A stretch of 64,000 bases of DNA from assembly GCA_951406725.2 (NCBI GenBank), contig OX597825.1, positions 64,170,001 through 64,234,000 on the forward strand. The letters are read 5' to 3'. The stretch is from Octopus vulgaris. Taxonomy: Eukaryota. Position 1 is the stretch's first letter. Each line of letters starts with the position of its first letter. The position numbers were made by a program, and so were the translations under genes. The notes under the pieces are model-generated. The model did no database searches. It was given only the letters and a program-made list of their open reading frames with translations, and was not told where the DNA came from. Of the stretch, positions 42,413 through 55,381 are shown piece after piece.

Positions 42413-43630
42413 CATAATAGGTATCAACACTCTAGTCGTCCCGGTTATAGGTTACAGCTACAATATTCTTAACTGGTCTCTAAATGAGCTAATCAAAATA
42501 GACAGGGAAACAAGAAAACTAATGACAGGATTTATGATGCACCACCCAAAATCTGACAGAATGGTTACATATACAATGCATCGAAGGTGGTAGGGACTTT
42601 ATACAGCTAGAAAATTATTACAAAATAACCACCATAAGACTACAGAAATACCTTCTTCAGACACAAAGAAAACTAATACAAATAGCCACAAATCACGAAC
42701 AAACAAAAATTATTTTCAATCTTTAAGAAAGCTGACACATACAAATAAGAAATCGTAGTACCTAACAACGAATAAGATAAAGAAGAAACAACTGAAGTAC
42801 AAATTAGAACTAGAACAGTAGCGGATCATGATAAAATGATGGCAAGAAAAGTCCCTTCATGGAAAATAATGGGTTTAACTAAACAGAATGAAGCAGACAA
42901 AACAATATCCGAACGATGGCTGAGAATCTCAGGATTCAAAGCAGAGACTGAAGGATTTTTTTAATTGCATCACAACGTCAGAGCCTTCCCAACAGAAAAT
43001 ACCAAAGACATGTAATGAAAAGACATACAACTAGTACCTGCAGATATGAGGAGATGGAGAAGAAACAATAAATCATATTGTCTCTGGCTGTCTAGTACTG
43101 GTTAAGAAAGACTTTATTCATAGACACGATGGAGCTGGGACCTACATACACTGGAAACTATCGCAACACTATGGTATAAGAACAGAAAAAGATGGTTACA
43201 GAAAATGAGAAAGCAACAATTTTATGTGATATGCCAATATACAGAGATAGAGAAATTAAGGCCAATAGGCCAGATATAGTTGTCAGAGATCATGAAGAAA
43301 AATACTAAAAGAAATGGAGAAAATTCCAAAATTAAAAGATCTGGAAATATAAGTACTCGAATATAGAGTCTAAAAACAGAAACAAATCCTATCATAGTAG
43401 GCGCATTAGGTATTATAAAAAGAAAGACTCAGATAACAAGATTCAGAAACACAAAGACTAAGAAGTATATATATAAATACTGAAAATAGCACTACTATAC
43501 ACCGTACAGTTTCTACGTAAAATACTTTCAATACAGTAAAATAAGAGCTTCACACAAACAACAGCACACATCCAAGGCACACAGAATAGTAGTGCAGTGA
43601 AAGCACGTCATAAAAATAAGACTACTGGAT
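42411..43630 (+). mobile_element. Older degenerate 5'-truncated copy of the same Dong-like family
   Basis: Colinear with 45213-46543 (IIGINTL.VPVI.YSYNILNW, MHHPKSD, RPDIVVRDHEE, same 3'UTR ccaaggcacacag...gtgaaagcacg...actactg). Many indels and stops. Starts right after (AAT)n. Confidence 0.92.
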
Positions 43631-43645
43631 GATAATAATAATTAA

Positions 43646-43825
43646 TTTTAGAACACCTTTTCTAATTTAGGTTTTGACAGACATTCTCTAGAACAATACT
43701 CTGTGCAAAATCAAATGTATGGCACCCTAGTCCCAACACCAAGTTGAACTTCTAACTTGTTCTTTTGAGGTCTCGGGCTGGAACTTGGAGCCAACTTGTA
43801 TAAATACAACGCAAACGCCAAACAC

Positions 43826-43826
<1 letters not shown>
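43646..43826 (+). mobile_element. Probable 3'UTR fragment of another Dong-like family
   Basis: Lies between the 3' end of the 42411 copy and the long (AAT)n. Contains tgaggtct..ggg...gaacttgga, resembling the start of the UTR of the 41181 element (tgaggtccttgttgcgacttgac). Ends aaacacATAATAAT. Confidence 0.5.
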
Positions 43827-43895
<69 letters not shown>

Positions 43896-43913
43896 GTAAT
43901 AATAATAATGATG

Positions 43914-43956
<43 letters not shown>

Positions 43957-43973
43957 TAGTAATAATAATAATG

Positions 43974-44040
<67 letters not shown>

Positions 44041-44064
44041 TAATAATAATACTAATAATAATAC

Positions 44065-44143
<79 letters not shown>
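43826..44143. repeat. (AAT)n microsatellite, ~320 bp
   Basis: Directly visible; abuts the Dong-like 5' truncation point. Confidence 0.97.
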
Positions 44144-44146
<3 letters not shown>

Positions 44147-46440
44147 GTCACCCAGGCACTGCAAAGACTAAGCAACTGGAAGGCACCTGGGCATGACAAG
44201 ATCCCCAACTTCTGGTTGAAATATCTAACAGGAATGCACAAAAAGCTGGCTGAAAACTTTAACAACGTACTAGCAGAGCCAGAGACAATGCCTGAATGGC
44301 TCACGAAGGGGAAAACCATCTTAATTCCCAAATCAAATGAAACAGAAAAACCAGAAAACTACAGACCAATAACCTGCCTCCCTACTATGTTCAAGGCATT
44401 TACTGCAGTGATATCACAAAGGCTGAACAAGCACCTGGACGAAAACAAACTGTTCCCAGAAGAGCAGAAAGGATGCCGCAAAGGCTCATATGGCTGTAAA
44501 GATCAACTAATGATTAATAAAGCCATAACTGAAGACAGCCACAGAAAGAAGAAAGGCCTCAGTATGGCCTGGATTGACTACAAAAAGGCGTTTGATAGCA
44601 TCCCCCACACATGGATCCTCGAAACACTAGCCATTAACAAAGTAGCACCAACAATCATAAAATTCATAGAGCACTCTATGAATAAATGGCAAACAGTCCT
44701 ACACCTCCAAACAAAAGAGGGACTCATGAAAACCAAAGACATCCCCATTAGAAGAGGAATATTCCAGGGAGACACGCTCTCTCCACTCCTTTTCTGCTTG
44801 GCACTGTCACCTCTATCTGATATGCTAAATAGAACTGGATGCGGATATAAATGTTACGGCAAAACGATCAGCCACCTTTTATATATGGATGACCTAAAAC
44901 TATACGCTGCAAATGACAAACAGCTGGAAACACTATTAAAGACAGTTCATGGATTTACCAAAGAAATAGATATGAAATTTGGATTAGAAAAATGCGCCAA
45001 AGTAACCATGAAAAGAGGAAAACTAGTTAAGAGTAACAACATCACACTAGATAAAACCAATGAAATAAAAGAATTAGACCAAAGCCAAACTTACAAATAC
45101 TTAGGAATCCATGAACTAGATAAGACACAACACACACAAATGAAAGAGAAAATAAAAAAAGAATATTATAGACGAGTTAGATCAATACTAAACACAGAGC
45201 TCAATGCTAAAAACAAGATAATAGGTATCAACACTTTAGCTGTCCCAGTTATAAGTTACAGCTACAATATCCTTAACTGGACACGAAATGAACTGACCAA
45301 AATAGATAGGAAAACAAGAAAAATAATGACAGGATCTAGGATGCATCACCCAAAATCTGACATAGAAAGACTATATATACAACGTATGGAAGGTGGTAGA
45401 GGCCTTATACAACTGGAAAACTACTATAAAATAACCACCATAGGACTGCAAAAATATCTACTTCAGAAGGAAGGAAAACTGATCCAGATAGCGGCAAAAC
45501 ACGAGCAAAACAAAAAACTGTTCTCAGTATTTAAGGAAGCTGACAAATACAAACAAGAAATCATACCACCTAATAAACATGAAGAAGAAGAAGAAGATGA
45601 AGAAACAACAAAAGCCATAAAACAAATGAAATCCAAACTAAAAACAGAACAGCAACGAACCATGATAAAACGATGGCAAGAAAAGCCCCTTCATGGTAAA
45701 TACTGCACTAAACTAAACGCAAAAGAAATAGACAAAGAAAAATCCCAGCAATGGTTGAGAAGCTCAGGACTCAAAGCAGAAACAGAGGGATTTTTAATTG
45801 CAGCACAAGACCAAAGCCTCCCCACCAGAAATTACCAAAAACATGTAATGAAAAGAAATATTACAAGTAACTGCAGAATATGTGGAGATGGACAAGAAAC
45901 AATAAATCATATTATCTCTAGCTGCCCAGTCCTGGCTAAGAAGGAATATATTCACAGACATGACAGAGTTGGAACCTACATACATTGGAAGCTATGCCAA
46001 CATTATGGAATAACAACAGAAAAAAGATGGTATAGGCACACACCAGAAAAGGTCACAGAAAACGAGAAAGCAACCATACTCTGGGATATGCCGATACACA
46101 CAGATAGAGAAATTAAGGCCAACAGACCAGATATAGTTGTCAGAGATCATGAAGAAAAAAATGCTTTTTAATTGATGTATCAATACCGGCAGATGACAAC
46201 GTGTCTCTAAAAGAAATGGAGAAACTCTCAAAATACAAAGACCTGGAAATAGAGGTAACTAGAATGTGGAATCTGAAAACAGAAACAATTCCTATCATAG
46301 TAGGTGCATTAGGCATGATAAAAAAATATTCAGACAAATACATAACAAAAACACCAGGACTTACAAACACATATAACATACAGAAAATTGCACTACTAGG
46401 CACTGCCCACATCCTACGCAGAACACTTTCCATACAATAA
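44144..46440 (+). pseudogene. RT-REL polyprotein ORF, N-terminally truncated, with one 1-bp frameshift in the A-run at 46155-46161
   Basis: ORFs 43796..46171 and 46201..46440 join into HEEKKCFLIDVSIPADDNVSLKEMEK if one A is added to the A7 run. No other stop is seen. Confidence 0.9.
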
Positions 46441-46543
46441 CCATCAGAGCATCACAACAAATCACAGCACATACCCAAGGCACACAGAGCTGCGCTCGGT
46501 AGTGAAGTGAAAGCACGCTATAAAAATAAAAATAAAACTACTG
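44144..46543 (+). mobile_element. 5'-truncated R4/Dong-clade non-LTR retrotransposon (RT + CCHC + restriction-like endonuclease), near intact
   Basis: RT motifs KAPGHD, NYRPITCL, EEQKGCR, WIDYKKAFDS, GIFQGDTLSPLLF and YMDD (44882-44893). Zn knuckle CRIC..ETINHIISSC. REL motifs RHD, RPDIV, IDV and KLSKY. C-terminus QKIALLGTAHILRRTLSIQ* at 46440, then ~100 bp 3'UTR. Flanked by (AAT)n on both sides. Confidence 0.95.
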
Positions 46544-46568
46544 AATAATAATGATAATAATAATAATT

Positions 46569-46648
46569 AGAAGAAGAAGGAGAATAAGAAGAAGAAGAAC
46601 AACAACAACAACAACAAAAAGAGGAAGGGGAAGAAGAAGAAGAAGAAG

Positions 46649-46679
<31 letters not shown>

Positions 46680-46725
46680 TGAAGAAGAAGAAGAAGAAGG
46701 AGAAGAAGAAGTTGAAGAAGAAGAT
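46569..46725. repeat. (GAA)n-rich microsatellite
   Basis: Directly visible. Confidence 0.93.
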
Positions 46726-47715
46726 AAGGATCTTTATATTTGGAAAATAAACATACACGTACATGAATACAAAGGTGTGTGTATTTATTGCGTACGTTTG
46801 CAAAGGTGCAGTACAAGGGATTGAAGACATACAAAAAAAAAATAGCACAAGAAAATAATCGATTCATGTTAGGATTTCCGACAAATTGACCTTGAGGACG
46901 GCCCACTACTTTTCAATTTTCTGTTTTCTGTTTGCTCTCAACATTTTTAATTCCTGCTTGCTTCGAACTGCAAACTTCTTTCATAGTCACAACATTAGAC
47001 TGTCGCATTCACGTGAATCTCCGCACCTTCAGCAAATTTTCATCAAATATTCTAGTGGAAGGTATATGAGGAATTTGAATGTCAAAAAATATCTTTTCAT
47101 CACTAGATAAAATAATTGATTATAGACTCGCTATTTTTGACAGCGAATTATATATGAATTATCGCATAAAAACTTTTATGTGAGATATGATATCATTTAT
47201 GTACCAAGAAACCAGATAGCACGTACTAATAAAAATATGTCCTACGCAAACCTCTACTTGTGATGCCATATAAATAATACCCATCAATCATATATTTTAG
47301 CGTTCCCCACTTACGGGCCAACTTGCTCTAAAATAATATCCGAGATTTTCATTACACGTTACCAAACACACATTTTTTATGTTAGTTTTCTTCAGGGACA
47401 TATTGCCAAAAGTTAGAATCGGTTTCCACTCATGAAGTGTTATGGGTAAATAAGCCCACTTATTTGGTAATGATATAATCAAGCACAAAATAAAAAGAAT
47501 TATAGCGGAGACTGAAAGTCAATTCCCTAGAAAAATATTCAGTACTCTGCTGATTATCAGAAATGAAGTTCAAAACTGATTTCGAATTCCCCACATCTAG
47601 AAAAGAAAAAAAAATGCCAGGCAACCAATAAATAATATAGGTATTCTTATAATACATACATACCTACATACATACATACATACATACATACATACATACG
47701 TATATATATATACAT

Positions 47716-47767
<52 letters not shown>

Positions 47768-48000
47768 GTATAAACACAGATATATAGCGATTAAAAGTTG
47801 CCAAATGTACCCCTTATTGTTGACACCAATTATATATACATATATATATATATATATATACGTATGTAACAATAATTTTCTTCGATCAATAGACCAATTG
47901 AGTAAACCTATCAGTAATGTACCTGTAATGACTACCGGAAACAGCTAAATTTGCTCTATTAAATGAATTATATGTAATGACCACTATATTTAACTTGATT

Positions 48001-48056
<56 letters not shown>

Positions 48057-48076
48057 CCTGTGTGTGTGTGTATATG

Positions 48077-48143
<67 letters not shown>

Positions 48144-48992
48144 GTATGTATCTACGTATATACGTATCTACGTTAGTATGAATGTACATATATACGTACC
48201 TACGTATGTATCTATGTATATATGTTCATATGTATGAGCGCCCACATTAAGTTTAAAATGTGAAATGTGTTATACATCAAGTTTTTAACCTTTGTTTAGA
48301 TGGAAAAAATAGATAATATTACCTTTATGATCTTCGGTCCATGCATATTATTTCGCAGTACATATTATAAACATGATAACATAATTGTGTAAACATCCTC
48401 ATATTTGAATTTCGTTGGATGGCAATGATACGCAATTCCTAATATAAACAGTAAAGCGGAGGGAATACAAGATATTTACACTAGCATCTGTTATTCCATA
48501 AAACACCACGCATCGCATATAATTTTCACAAGATTTCCTTCTTTAAAATATCCTTATTCAAGTATCATGGGTTTTCTTTATTCCCAGCATTATCATTTTC
48601 AGATCTTCTATTTTTTTCTATTGTCTTCTTTGTTTCACTTTTATTTGTTGATTCACCTTTATATTATGTTACATATTCTACACTTCTGAAAATTGATTTT
48701 CTTCTTCAAAATATACCGTATATTTACATGATGTTGATACTCTTCCTCGAGCCCGCTTTTCTTTTTCATTCTATTATGTATATCATCATATACTGTAGAA
48801 GATACCAGATAATATAATTTACACAGAATATTCAAAAGAAGCGGCCTCTGTTAAACTAAATAACAAGAGAGACATTTGTCTTTCACAGTAGGAAACCTGG
48901 AAACTTACAGGTGATTTGCTAAATACTGTAATATATGATAAATACAAAAATGTATATTATGTGTGTATATACATACATATATACAAACACAC

Positions 48993-49058
<66 letters not shown>

Positions 49059-49150
49059 GTGTATACATGTATGTATGTATAGATATAGATATATAGATAG
49101 ATATATAGGCATATATATATTTAGGTATGTATGTGTGTGTATAAAGTAGG

Positions 49151-49430
49151 AACACTCCGTCGATTACGACGACGAGGGTACCAGCCGATACGATCAACTG
49201 AACAGCTTACTGAGGAAATCAAAGTGCAAGTGGCTAAACAATCTACGAGCACGCGTACGTTTAACGTAGTTGTCAGGGAGTTCAGTGTGACATGGCTGGC
49301 CCTTTCAAATACAGGTACTTGTTTTTGTCAGCTGAGTGAACTGGAACAATATAAAATAAAGTGTCTGGCTGAAGGACACTACGCGCCGCCGGATATTGAA
49401 CTTGCGATCGTGAACCGTATCTTCTAAACA
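49151..49430 (-). mobile_element. Diverged SINE with a group-3 tail and a different head/core
   Basis: cactccgtcgattacgacgacgaggg...ccctttcaaatacaggtac matches 39133-39315, then switches to agctgagtgaactgga...aaagtgtctggctgaaggacac. Confidence 0.7.
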
Positions 49431-49444
49431 CCAAGAAACGCGTC

Positions 49445-49511
<67 letters not shown>

Positions 49512-50062
49512 ATGTATGTATGTCTGTATGTCTGTATGTATGTGTGTATATGTAACTGTGCGTGGGTGTATGTGTGTGTGTTTCCATGTATATTTACGTA
49601 TAGATACACACACATTACCTTGACAGGATACGAATTCTCAATGTTAAGGGATATAAAAGATATTTGGTAGATTTTTTTTCTCCAGAAACGGAAAATAAAA
49701 AGCAATATTGATGTACATTCGGATGTGTGTAAAAAGCAGGTAAAAGCCGAACAAATGTGGAGTAGTAAACATTTAGGAGAGTGTTACAGTGCAATGATTA
49801 TATATATATATATCGAAAGAGGGAGAGAGAGTCATCTTCACTTTGCAAAACGAGATATCGGGTTTCTCTGATGAGTTGTCATATTTTATTTGTGCATTAT
49901 TTGTTAGATTTTGTTACTCTTTTAGATATTTTCAATCATTTCCTTTCCACTTTCGTAAATTAAATGCACTGTGCCGAATTACATACTGTACATCATGTAA
50001 TTTTGAATTTACAGTATGCTGCATCGCAGCACGTAGCAGCCTATAGCACTTCATCAAAAAGC

Positions 50063-50211
50063 AGTGTGTGGTAAGAAGTTTGATGCCCAACCGTATGCTT
50101 CCTGGCTCAACCCCACTGGGTAGTATATTTCATTAGTGTGTTCTACTGTAGCCTCGGGCCACCCAAACTCTTGTGTATGGATTTGGCAGAGGTAAGTGAA
50201 AGAAACCCGTC
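50063..50211 (+). mobile_element. SINE group 2, 5' half, diverged
   Basis: gtgtgtggtaagaag...tagcctcgggccacccaaa...ggatttggcagagg...aagaaacccgtc. Confidence 0.7.
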
Positions 50212-50278
<67 letters not shown>

Positions 50279-50444
50279 ATTCACAAAAAGAACAAAAGAC
50301 GAAGTCAGGAGGTGTAGACAACAAACATATATATTAGTATAACGCTCCGGAAGTGAAAAAGTCTGTAACGTTTCGAGCCTACGCTCTTCCACAGACAGGA
50401 TCACAGAAAGAAACAAGGAGAGAAAATAAAAGAATGTGTTCTGG

Positions 50445-50540
<96 letters not shown>

Positions 50541-50542
50541 AT

Positions 50543-50710
50543 ATATTGTTGTTTTTCGATATGGTCATTTTTTTTTGCCAAATAAACACACGCTCTTTAT
50601 ATATTTTTTCTTCACTCCTTTATTATTATTTTTATTTTACTATTTTAACTCATGACCATTTTCCGGAAATCTTTCATTACACATTTGTGACCTCTTCAGT
50701 GACACTTTAT
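50543..50710 (-). mobile_element. Third member of the same pLTR-like family
   Basis: Canonical CTGAAGA-G-GTCAC..GTAAT-GAAA motif (50705-50663), then ATG MTISKNNN, ending in TA/TG repeat. Confidence 0.6.
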
Positions 50711-51631
50711 GAATGCGTATGTGTTCTTACTCCACTTACTCCATACATGTATATATACACACAAACACACAAACACACTCACATATTTATATATTCATAT
50801 ATATACATACATATATATATACATATATATATATACATCTATATATACATATGTGTGTGAGGGTGTGTATCAGTGTGTGTCTTTACATGTGTGCGTAAGT
50901 AGTAGGCTTTAGCAATTTAAGTCCTCTTCGAGGCAACGCTCCAACATGGCCACACTCAAAAGACTGAAACAAGTGAAAAATACTAATTACACACACAGAG
51001 TTATATACCAATACATATGCATATTTATATATTTGCTTTTTACATATATGTGTGTGTGCGTGTATACTTATATGCGTGTTTGATTGTGTGTGCGCGCGCG
51101 TGCTTTAATTAAGTTAAAATGGTTTTGTCACATATTAGAACGTACATATGCAAATAAACTGTGAAAAGTAAAATTTATCGCTGTTAGCGCTGATACCACA
51201 GTATTTATTCTGGCTAGGCGGTCCCATAGCACAACTTAGTTACTGATATTCAGAGTTCTAAGGTGAAGATATGGTTTTAGATTCTGCTTGAGTTATCGTC
51301 TTAGTGAGGGTGGCTAAAGTGCCAGAAATACGTCTGAGAGTCCGTTAGCGAAACATACGGAACATATATGGTGCTTTGATACCTTTTACCATAAGCGAGC
51401 AATTTGTTTATCTGTAGTAGCTGGAGTGAATTTGCATTTAGAAGATGAAATATGTTACAAGCGTATTTTAACTAACCTGAAGTTCGTTTATTCCTCATGA
51501 ATGCTTGGGTCTGATAAAATTATTTGTGTTTGTGTGTTTGTATGTAAGTGTATATATATTCTTTTACTATTTTATTATTTTACTTGTTTTAGTCATCTGA
51601 CTGTGGCAACGCTGGAGTACGAGCTACTGCG

Positions 51632-51697
<66 letters not shown>

Positions 51698-51932
51698 TAT
51701 ATATATGAATTTTTTGCGTAATAAGATAAAAAAACCAAGGCTGTGTAGAAATTAGAGCATTGGCTTTTTTATCTTATTACGCAAAAAATTCTTATATACA
51801 CACGCTGACATAGAACCAACGTTGAACCCCTTATTCGCAAAATTACAGAACCTCGAACTTTTCTATGGTCTGTCTATAGCACTTATTCATCATTACCTGA
51901 AACCTTTGGGTCTTAATGACACCATTATCTCT

Positions 51933-51974
<42 letters not shown>

Positions 51975-51999
51975 ACTATATATATATATATATATATAT

Positions 52000-52800
52000 T
52001 CGCTGAATGACCCGACGTTGCCCGGGTTATTGCTGTTCTTATTTAGATTAGTAAACAATAAATATAAAGATTATATTCTCAAAAGTATTACAAAATATCT
52101 GTATTTTATAAAATCATATGCAAATTATAATGAAAATTGAATTTCGAACTGAAAATCTCTTAACGTTGAAGTACCTCAAGGTAAATATTGTGTAAATATT
52201 GTGTCGGAATGAATAAATTGTTGCTACGCTACTTCCAACTCGCTAGTTTTCCATATATCCTAACATCTGCCCTTGCATTGTATTCGTTGGTGCATATATC
52301 GAGGTCTATATGTGAATGATGATGAAGGATAATAAGTTTCCCCATGTTTTCAATATCACCATCTGTCCTCTTACAGATGAACACAATGTGTAGCCGTTAA
52401 CACTTTTGAATTGTTACAGATGTAGGGGAGACGCTGACGTTCAACGTTAGCATACATATCAAGCAGGTTTTGCTGAAATAGATTACGATACTGTGTAATT
52501 GATACGATTGTTCTGGTCTTAACATCAGTTCGTAAGAATAGATGTCATTTGACGAGACATTGTTGTTTATAATTGGCTCTCTTGTTGCAGGTTCAATCTG
52601 TGGAATATTGAAATGATACTCATCTTGTCCATTCAAAAGTATATGAGGATACCGAAGAGCATCATAAGTGGGCTGTGTCTTTTAGGTACGTTGAAGGTTG
52701 TTATCTCAAGCACGAATGAGAATATCACGATTTTCATGGGGATCACCTACCATAAGGATGGCTGCTTCCTTAGATATGGGCTCATTAAAACGACGTAAGA
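52000..52800 (-). mobile_element. Decayed autonomous-type Helitron (Rep/helicase fragments + 3' hairpin)
   Basis: Minus translation RRFNEPISKEAAILMVGD..RDILIR.DNNLQR...YDALRYP....GQDEYHFNIPQI...VSSNDIYSYELMLR resembles the Helitron Rep region. QGQML...RVGS resembles the Pif1 C-terminus. 3' hairpin cccgggcaacgtcggg at ~52011-52026. Confidence 0.8.
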
Positions 52801-53621
52801 TGTCCTTTACTACAGTTTACTATAGATGTAATGAACACGGAAATACACACACACACACTCACAGACACATACATACTCTTAGAATTGATAATATTGAAAA
52901 TAGCAAAGCATACAAACACTGAGTTCAACGAAACGAAATGTAGTCAATATAGGTACAAAACATACTTTCTGTACCATACGTATGCTATAGATTTTTTCGT
53001 TAGGCAATATTTCCAAAAGACTAATTCCAGCGTCGGAAAGTCTCCAACTTAGCAAAACTAACTTTGCACCACCAATGTAACAAAGTACAGATAGTCAACA
53101 TTTACTTGGAAAATGTACTAACTGTTATAAAATTCAGGATTGAATGTCACGGAAAAGAAAGTATGTTTGGGTGTGTTTATGTGTGTCTCTGTCTGTTAGT
53201 TGTCACAAAAATGTATGTGGACTGACACGATACATACTCCCACACATACACTCACATACATATACTTATCAGTCATCGGTCTAACGTAAGTAACGAAGGC
53301 GCAAACACACGCAAGGACAAACACATACACACTCCTATACAGAAAATGCGACATCGTGGTGCTGGTGTCATAAACCGTCGTTTACAGTATATGACTTAGA
53401 AAGATTATAATGTAAAATTTTTTTAATGCAAATATGTAAATGAAAACAAAGTGTATTTCGTAGACGAAATATTACTGAATATTTTTATTCCACATACGCT
53501 AAAATCGGCAAGTAAGTTTTCGAATGCCTATGGAACATACACATGCACGCACAAACATACACTCACACACAAACTCTGCTTTATATATTGCGTGTGTGTC
53601 ATTGTATGTGCATGTATGTAC

Positions 53622-53766
<145 letters not shown>

Positions 53767-54045
53767 TTATACGCAACAAGATTTACAGTATTTATCTAAA
53801 GGTAAATAAATACTACTTAAAGCGTGCCAAAAATCATCCAGGTTTTCGAATATCACACGAACGTAAACATTAAATCAGTAACGTAATAAAAACAGCCATA
53901 TGACATGAAATATAAATATGTATTTTATTTTATTTCATTATGAGATAAATTACTGGTATGTGCGCATGTGTAGTGTATGACGTATAACTTACATATAATT
54001 ATTTGACTTAATTAAAATCTCGTACATTATTTTCTTTTTATTTAC

Positions 54046-54106
<61 letters not shown>

Positions 54107-54489
54107 TACAACAAACGCACTGACATCTTAAACTTCGGCATATACTCCAATATTTTATATAAGTAAACGAACCTACTTCATTCTCTTTTCATTGTTTTGA
54201 CAATGTTAAGCTAAGAACAACATATATATATACGTGTAGGCTTGAACTAACTAATCAAAATAGTATTAAAATTATTAGTGCCTCCAATACAATATATAAA
54301 GTTATCATATATCTAAAAAAGCAAATCTGATATTAATGATAATGGCCTCATATAATCAATCGTGAACTTCGATGGCGTTTGTAATCGCAGGAACATAGAG
54401 CCAGAAAAAATAAAGCAACGTCTCTAAATACTTTTCTATTCGATGCACTAAATATTCAGTCAGTGTACCACCGCAATCCCAAATAATAA

Positions 54490-55030
54490 TATTGGTTTCA
54501 AAACTTAGTACAAAGCCAGCAATTTTAATGGAAGTTATAAATTAATTACACCGTCCCCTGTGCTCATCTCTGAAAAGCAAACTCGACCACGGTGCTATTT
54601 GAATCTCGGATATAAATAATCGGAAAGAATGATCCGAAGCATTTTGTTCCTGTCAGTAACGATTTTACAAACCCTCTGCCATTATGGTAATCTTTTATAT
54701 TCTAAAATATCAGCGGTGGACTTGCTATAAGAATACATCGACTTCAATGCTCAATTTCTATATATTTATCGAACAAAAACGTGAGAAGTATTGTCGATCC
54801 CGAAGAATTTGGACTCTGAATTTGTAGGGGAAGACGAAATGTCACTAAGCATTCTGAATGGAGTTCAAAGGATTCTACCGCTCGAAATCTTAATAAGAAC
54901 TTCAACACAAGGCCAACAATTGATCAATTGGTATTTATTTATTCGACTGCGGCAAAGTGAAAGGCGATGTCAGTCTTGGTAGAATCTGATAGCAGAACGC
55001 ATTGACGTACGAAATGCCGCGTGCCTCTTC
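54490..55030. mobile_element. Cluster of very decayed Nin-type SINE fragments
   Basis: Partial matches aaagcaaactcgaccacggtgctatttgaatc, gaatttggactctgaa, ggcaaagtgaaaggcgatgtc. Confidence 0.4.
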
Positions 55031-55214
55031 CAATAATTAATAATTTCTCTAATTGTCCAATTGATCGTAAAAGTCCCGAAATCATGATCGCAGTAGCCAT
55101 TGTTGGTCCTGTTATGCCTCTTATCTTGAGAATATTCAATTATTGGTGTCGTTGCAGATGATTTATCTCTTGCTGTAGTATTTTCTTTCTCTTTTTCGTT
55201 TGTTTTACTTTTAG

Positions 55215-55381
55215 GTGTAGTCGCTGAGGTTGTTGGCCTGCTACTGTGAAAACGAGATTAGGCGTACTGCTTTCAAGTTTACTGAGTTTGGTGCCAACCA
55301 GTGAAACAAGAGCCAAGAACACATGGATGACAAGCCGGCTTCTCTCAACCATTCAACCACACTTGCGCCTAAAAAGTTTAA
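55215..55381 (+). CDS. Candidate spliced exon containing a start codon (ATG 55323; MDDKPASLNHSTTLAPKKF..., phase-2 donor); product unknown
   Basis: Long polypyrimidine tract ttttctttctctttttcgtttgttttacttttAG, donor AA|GTAAGC, an upstream in-frame TGA, and an open frame from ATG to the donor. Confidence 0.4.

Noticed and set aside
43796-44143. Poly-Ile/poly-Asn N-terminal extension of the 791-aa ORF
   Set aside because: Stop-free read-through of the (AAT)n target with a TTG start; not part of the retrotransposon protein.
46155-46170. Programmed -1 frameshift at the A-run
   Set aside because: R4/Dong elements have a single ORF; a homopolymer indel or sequencing error is the simpler explanation.
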